32,000 nt of DNA from assembly GCF_002900365.1 (NCBI RefSeq), contig NZ_CP025979.1:4624236-4656235 (forward strand). The letters run 5' to 3'. The DNA is from Escherichia marmotae (GTDB lineage: Bacteria; Pseudomonadota; Gammaproteobacteria; Enterobacterales; Enterobacteriaceae). This document shows positions 28,796 through 32,000 of this stretch, one piece after another. Within the stretch, counting starts at the first letter, position 1. Each line of letters begins with the position of its first letter. The position numbers were made by a program, and so were the translations under genes. The notes beneath the pieces are model-generated. The model worked only from the letters and a program-made list of their open reading frames with translations. It did not search any database and was not told where the DNA came from.

Positions 28796-28887
28796 GCATG
28801 ATTTGCTTTTTCATGGCAGCGTTGCTCGCATTGAATGGCAACGATGCGTGGCCGTGGTTTCTGGCCGTTGGGGTGTTGATGTCATGA
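28792..28887 (+). CDS. Possible 31-aa hydrophobic peptide between R and Rz
   Basis: Not in the track. It translates to [31 protein letters not shown]. Its ATG overlaps the R stop (ATGA) and its TGA overlaps the Rz ATG (ATGA). Confidence 0.35.
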   Translation: MSMICFFMAALLALNGNDAWPWFLAVGVLMS

Positions 28888-29321
28888 GTCGGTTAACCGC
28901 GATTATCTCCGCTCTGGTTATCTGCATCATCGTCTGCCTGTTATGGGCTGTTAATCATTACCGTGCTAACGCCATGACCTACAAAGAGCAGCGTGATAAA
29001 GCCACGTACATCATCGCTGACATGCAGAAGCGTCAACGTGATGTAGCAGAACTCGACGCCAGATACACAAAGGAGCTTGCTGATGCTAACGCGACTATCG
29101 AAAGTCTCCGTGCTGATGTTTCTGCTGGGCGTAAGCGCCTGCAAGTCGCCGCCACCTGTGCAAAGTCAACGACCGGAGCCAGCAGCATGGGCGATGGAGA
29201 AATCCCAAGACTTACAGCAGATGCTGAACTCAATTATTACCGTCTCCGAAGTGGAATCGACAAGATAACCGCGCAGGTTAACTACCTGCAGGAGTACATC
29301 AGGACTCAGTGCTTAAAATAA
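28884..29321 (+). CDS. Rz: Rz i-spanin
   Basis: From ATG 28884 the 145-aa product has an N-terminal TM segment ([20 protein letters not shown]) followed by coiled-coil periplasmic sequence. Rz1 is embedded in the +1 frame. Confidence 0.88.
   Translation: MSRLTAIISALVICIIVCLLWAVNHYRANAMTYKEQRDKATYIIADMQKRQRDVAELDARYTKELADANATIESLRADVSAGRKRLQVAATCAKSTTGASSMGDGEIPRLTADAELNYYRLRSGIDKITAQVNYLQEYIRTQCLK
29083..29268 (+). CDS. Rz1: Rz1 o-spanin lipoprotein, embedded in Rz
   Basis: ATG 29083 has AAGGAG 7 nt upstream. The signal and lipobox read [19 protein letters not shown]|C, followed by a Pro-rich mature part ([17 protein letters not shown]..). The track's TTG at 29077 is less likely. Confidence 0.8.
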   Translation: MLTRLSKVSVLMFLLGVSACKSPPPVQSQRPEPAAWAMEKSQDLQQMLNSIITVSEVESTR

Positions 29322-29364
29322 TTTTAACTTCACTGAAATTTAACAAGTGACTTTCAGGAAAATG

Positions 29365-29388
29365 CCTCGCAGAAGCGGGGATTTTTTA
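29365..29388 (+). terminator. Possible intrinsic terminator after the lysis cassette
   Basis: A stem CCTCGC/GCGGGG with one G-U pair and loop AGAA is followed by ATTTTTTAT. It lies 44 nt after the Rz stop. Confidence 0.5.
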
Positions 29389-29534
29389 TGTCCTCAGTAA
29401 ATGCGCTTCACACGCGCGACTTATGAACACAGAGCCTTTCAGGATGACCCTTGAGGATGCCGGTTTGGTTATCGGTGCCTTTCTGTGGGCCGGAATCCTG
29501 TGTGACAAGGTTCATCACTAAAAGGTAATTACCG

Positions 29535-30077
29535 ATGAATTATCCAACTATCGTTGACGGCATTGATTTCAAAGAACTGGTTTTTATTACCAACAATGAC
29601 CCTGTCACCGATTCATTTATGGTGGCGAAAGTATTTCGTAAGCGACATGACAACGTTGTGCGTGATGTAGAAAGAACTATCGCTGCTTGTCCTGAAGAGT
29701 TTGATACAAAACTCAATTTTGAGGTTTGCTATAAAAACAATGAGTTACAGAATGGTAAGCCACAAAAATTCTATCGGCTACGTAAGGATGGGTTGATGCT
29801 TTTGGTTATGTCCTACACCAAAAAAGAAGCAATGCGTATCAAAATTGCTTACATCAACGCATTCAACTGGATGTACGCCATGCTTCAGGTTGGTCATCGT
29901 CAATTTGAAGAAGAGAGAAATGCCGTAATGCTGGAGTACATGAAAGAGAAGGATGTTGCCAGCATGTCAGGTCGCCTGCTCAATCGCTGGGGAAAAATTA
30001 AGAAGCCTCAGCTACTGGCGAGAATTGAACGCCTTGAACAGCACGGGCAAACCGTAATCCCCGGACTCACTAATTAA
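29535..30077 (+). CDS. rha: Rha-family phage regulatory protein
   Basis: 180 aa. The N-terminal ..PVTDSFMVAKVFRKRHDNVVRDVE....F....N..KPQKFYRLRKDGLMLLVMSYT motif matches Phage_pRha as I remember it. P22 carries rha in the same slot, between lysis and terminase. Confidence 0.8.
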   Translation: MNYPTIVDGIDFKELVFITNNDPVTDSFMVAKVFRKRHDNVVRDVERTIAACPEEFDTKLNFEVCYKNNELQNGKPQKFYRLRKDGLMLLVMSYTKKEAMRIKIAYINAFNWMYAMLQVGHRQFEEERNAVMLEYMKEKDVASMSGRLLNRWGKIKKPQLLARIERLEQHGQTVIPGLTN

Positions 30078-30235
30078 CAGCAGTACCACGAAGCAACCCA
30101 AGCCAGTAAGTGGGGAAATAACACTGGCAGCCACTGAAAGATGAACCTCCTGCCTTATGGCAAAAAAGATTCTTTGTGGTGGCGGACTGATGGAAAGACA
30201 TCCTAATCAAGCAACCACTCCACAGGGTCATAATT

Positions 30236-30616
30236 ATGAACGACCAGCAAATCGAAAAAGAAATCGTTGAGAAAGGCAAAACGGCACCGCGAATCACCCC
30301 GCAGCACATCGAAGACGTGATTAAAAGCGAGCATTACTTTACTGCTTATGATGGACGAAATGGTGCCATTTCCAGCAACGAATATTGTGGCAGGGAAAAA
30401 CCAGAAGAAGGCGATCGTGATTTATCACCATTGAAGTTGCTCACTTTCTGCGTACTGGTGCTGAAGAATGGCTTCACCGTCACCGGAGAGAGTGCCTGTG
30501 CAAGCCCGGAAAACTTTGATGCAGAAATTGGTCGGAAGATTGCCCGGCAAAATGCTGTAAACAAAATCTGGATGCTCGAAGGTTACTTGCTGAAGCAGAA
30601 GCTAAGCGAACAGTAG
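30236..30616 (+). CDS. Gp49-like protein (N4 Gp49 / Sf6 gene 66 family)
   Basis: 126 aa. The motifs ..KTAPRITPQHIEDVI..E.Y and ..LTFCVLVLKNGFTVTGESACASPENFDAEIGRKIARQNAVNKIWMLEGYLL are typical of that family (from memory). Confidence 0.75.
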   Translation: MNDQQIEKEIVEKGKTAPRITPQHIEDVIKSEHYFTAYDGRNGAISSNEYCGREKPEEGDRDLSPLKLLTFCVLVLKNGFTVTGESACASPENFDAEIGRKIARQNAVNKIWMLEGYLLKQKLSEQ

Positions 30617-30719
30617 TTATTACAAAAGCCATTCCCTACAGAGTGGCTTTGATAATGGCTTATACCCTACACGGGATAACTTAACTGATATCCCTTTTAA
30701 CGGATAAACGGAGCCAACA

Positions 30720-30962
30720 ATGGCAGAGATTATTCCCATGACTGAAGAACAGAAATTCCAGCTAGAGATTTACAAACTGGTCATGAACCAGAACGCAGCC
30801 GCAGAGGAAGCATTTCAGTTCATTGGCACTGACGAGCTGAAGCTTGAGCTATTCAAAATTCACTTCCAGTCAGGCGGTGCAAATCCAGACTTCACATCTC
30901 GCACTATCGAAGCGGTGCGTAAATCGAAGGAAGCGTTAGACCTGTTCACCACCGGAGCATGA
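30720..30962 (+). CDS. Hypothetical 80-aa helical protein
   Basis: ACGGAG lies 6 nt upstream of the ATG. Coding is clean. P22 has an orf80 in the same pre-terminase position (from memory). Function is unknown. Confidence 0.6.
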   Translation: MAEIIPMTEEQKFQLEIYKLVMNQNAAAEEAFQFIGTDELKLELFKIHFQSGGANPDFTSRTIEAVRKSKEALDLFTTGA

Positions 30963-30963
30963 T

Positions 30964-31143
30964 GTGAGCCGAGTAATCAATTTGGGTAAGGAGAAGAAAT
31001 TCCCAATTACTCAAGAGCTATACGAGCGGCTGGAAAGCGTCATCCATGATTACGATGGTGAAATCAGTTTATGCGAGGCGATTGGCACACTTGAATTGCT
31101 GAAGCAGTCATTGATTGAAGGCGCAAAAGAGTCCTCAGCCTGA
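30964..31143 (+). CDS. Possible 59-aa protein (GTG start)
   Basis: Not in the track. GTG 30964 has GGAG 6 nt upstream and lies 1 nt after the preceding stop. It translates to (M)SRVINLGKEKKFPITQELYERLESVIHDYDGEISLCEAIGTLELLKQSLIEGAKESSA and fills the gap to terS. Confidence 0.4.
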   Translation: MSRVINLGKEKKFPITQELYERLESVIHDYDGEISLCEAIGTLELLKQSLIEGAKESSA

Positions 31144-31166
31144 AATAACAACTAAGTGAGATGAAT

Positions 31167-31589
31167 ATGGCGACTGAACCAAAAGCTGGTCGCCCCTCTG
31201 ATTATATGCCGGAGGTGGCTGACGATATCTGCTCGTTGCTTTCTTCTGGCGAAAGTTTGCTGAAAGTATGTAAGCGTCCTGGTATGCCGGATAAGTCCAC
31301 TGTTTTCCGCTGGTTGGCAAAGCATGAGGATTTTCGCGACAAGTACGCGAAGGCAACTGAGGCACGAGCTGATTCTATTTTCGAAGAGATATTCGAAATT
31401 GCTGACAATGCGATTCCAGATGCTGCTGAAGTGGCAAAGGCAAGACTTCGCGTTGATACCCGCAAATGGGCGCTGGCCCGAATGAATCCCCGTAAGTATG
31501 GCGACAAGGTAACTAACGAGCTTGTCGGTAAGGACGGCGGCGCAATCCAGATTGAAACATCACCGATGAGCTCTCTATTCGGAAAATGA
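31167..31589 (+). CDS. Terminase small subunit (Sf6 gp1 type)
   Basis: From ATG 31167 the 140-aa product [70 protein letters not shown].. matches remembered Sf6 gp1. Confidence 0.88.
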   Translation: MATEPKAGRPSDYMPEVADDICSLLSSGESLLKVCKRPGMPDKSTVFRWLAKHEDFRDKYAKATEARADSIFEEIFEIADNAIPDAAEVAKARLRVDTRKWALARMNPRKYGDKVTNELVGKDGGAIQIETSPMSSLFGK

Positions 31590-32000
31590 CCTCGATTAAT
31601 CCTATCTTTGAACCGTTCATTGAGGCGCATCGCTACAAAGTCGCCAAAGGCGGTCGAGGTAGCGGTAAATCATGGGCAATTGCGAGGCTGCTTGTTGAGG
31701 CGGCGCGTCGGCAGCCTGTGCGTATTCTCTGCGCTCGTGAACTGCAAAACAGTATCAGCGATTCGGTAATCCGGTTGCTTGAAGACACCATAGAGCGGGA
31801 AGGATATTCGGCTGAGTTTGAAATTCAGCGTTCAATGATTCGTCATCTCGGAACGAATGCTGAATTCATGTTCTACGGCATCAAAAACAACCCGACGAAG
31901 ATTAAATCGCTCGAAGGCATTGATATCTGCTGGGTGGAAGAAGCGGAAGCGGTAACGAAGGAATCATGGGATATCCTGATACCAACCATCCGCAAGCCGT
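31586..32000 (+). CDS. Terminase large subunit, N-terminal part (runs off the window)
   Basis: Not in the track because no stop is reached. ATG 31586 overlaps the terS stop (ATGA). The product is [44 protein letters not shown].., with Walker A (GGRGSGKS) and Walker B-like (CWVEEAE) motifs of the Terminase_3/PBSX type. Confidence 0.88.
   Translation, partial: MTSINPIFEPFIEAHRYKVAKGGRGSGKSWAIARLLVEAARRQPVRILCARELQNSISDSVIRLLEDTIEREGYSAEFEIQRSMIRHLGTNAEFMFYGIKNNPTKIKSLEGIDICWVEEAEAVTKESWDILIPTIRKP

Noticed and set aside
28755-28883. A long upstream start for Rz (track start at 28755).
   Set aside because: It overlaps the endolysin 3' end, and the extension is not Rz-like. The canonical N-terminal TM segment begins at [12 protein letters not shown] (ATG 28884).
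30070-30309. A 79-aa minus-strand ORF in the rha/gp49-like intergenic region.
   Set aside because: It opposes the late-operon direction and overlaps both neighbouring genes' ends. It is Cys/Trp-rich and has no SD.

Overview
The window has two parts. All identity calls rest on my memory of reference proteins, motifs and synteny; no database search was run.

**Chromosome (1 to ~12.3 kb).** This is an Escherichia coli-type backbone with the K-12 gene order: fryC (partial), ypdF, ypdE, fryA, ypdC, ypdB, ypdA, alaC, ypdK, lpxP, yfdY.

**Prophage (~12.34 kb to the right edge).** This is an apparently intact lambdoid mosaic prophage.
- The early-left operon is on the minus strand: an Xis/AlpA-like gene, a lambda orf55-like gene, Ea-type ORFs, RecT plus a Gp157-family protein, a cIII-like gene, lambda-type N and nutL.
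- The immunity region matches phage 434. It has cI, cro, six ACAA-N6-TTGT operators, and an ORF downstream of cI that I take to be hex.
- Rightward genes follow: lambda-type nutR, cII, pRE and oop; a P22-like orf48, initiator and DnaB-helicase replication module; a lambda-type nin region (ninB to ninI, with two extra ORFs); and Q with pR'.
- The lysis cassette is phage-21-type: pinholin, SAR endolysin, Rz and Rz1.
- The right end has Rha, a Gp49/Sf6-gp66 family gene, and an Sf6-type small and large terminase. The large terminase is cut by the window edge.

**Points worth follow-up.**
- No integrase lies between xis and the chromosomal flank.
- The cI-cotranscribed ORF is predicted to be exported.
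- A two-TM protein sits directly behind N.
- Strongly acidic small proteins occupy the ral/gam-type slots.
- An in-frame TAA splits an ASCH-like domain from the ORF upstream of it.
- Candidate origin iterons lie inside the initiator gene.
- Several tightly coupled micro-ORFs are absent from the ORF track.

I found no CRISPR array, tRNA or rRNA. I cannot name a clear-cut new multi-gene system from sequence alone.
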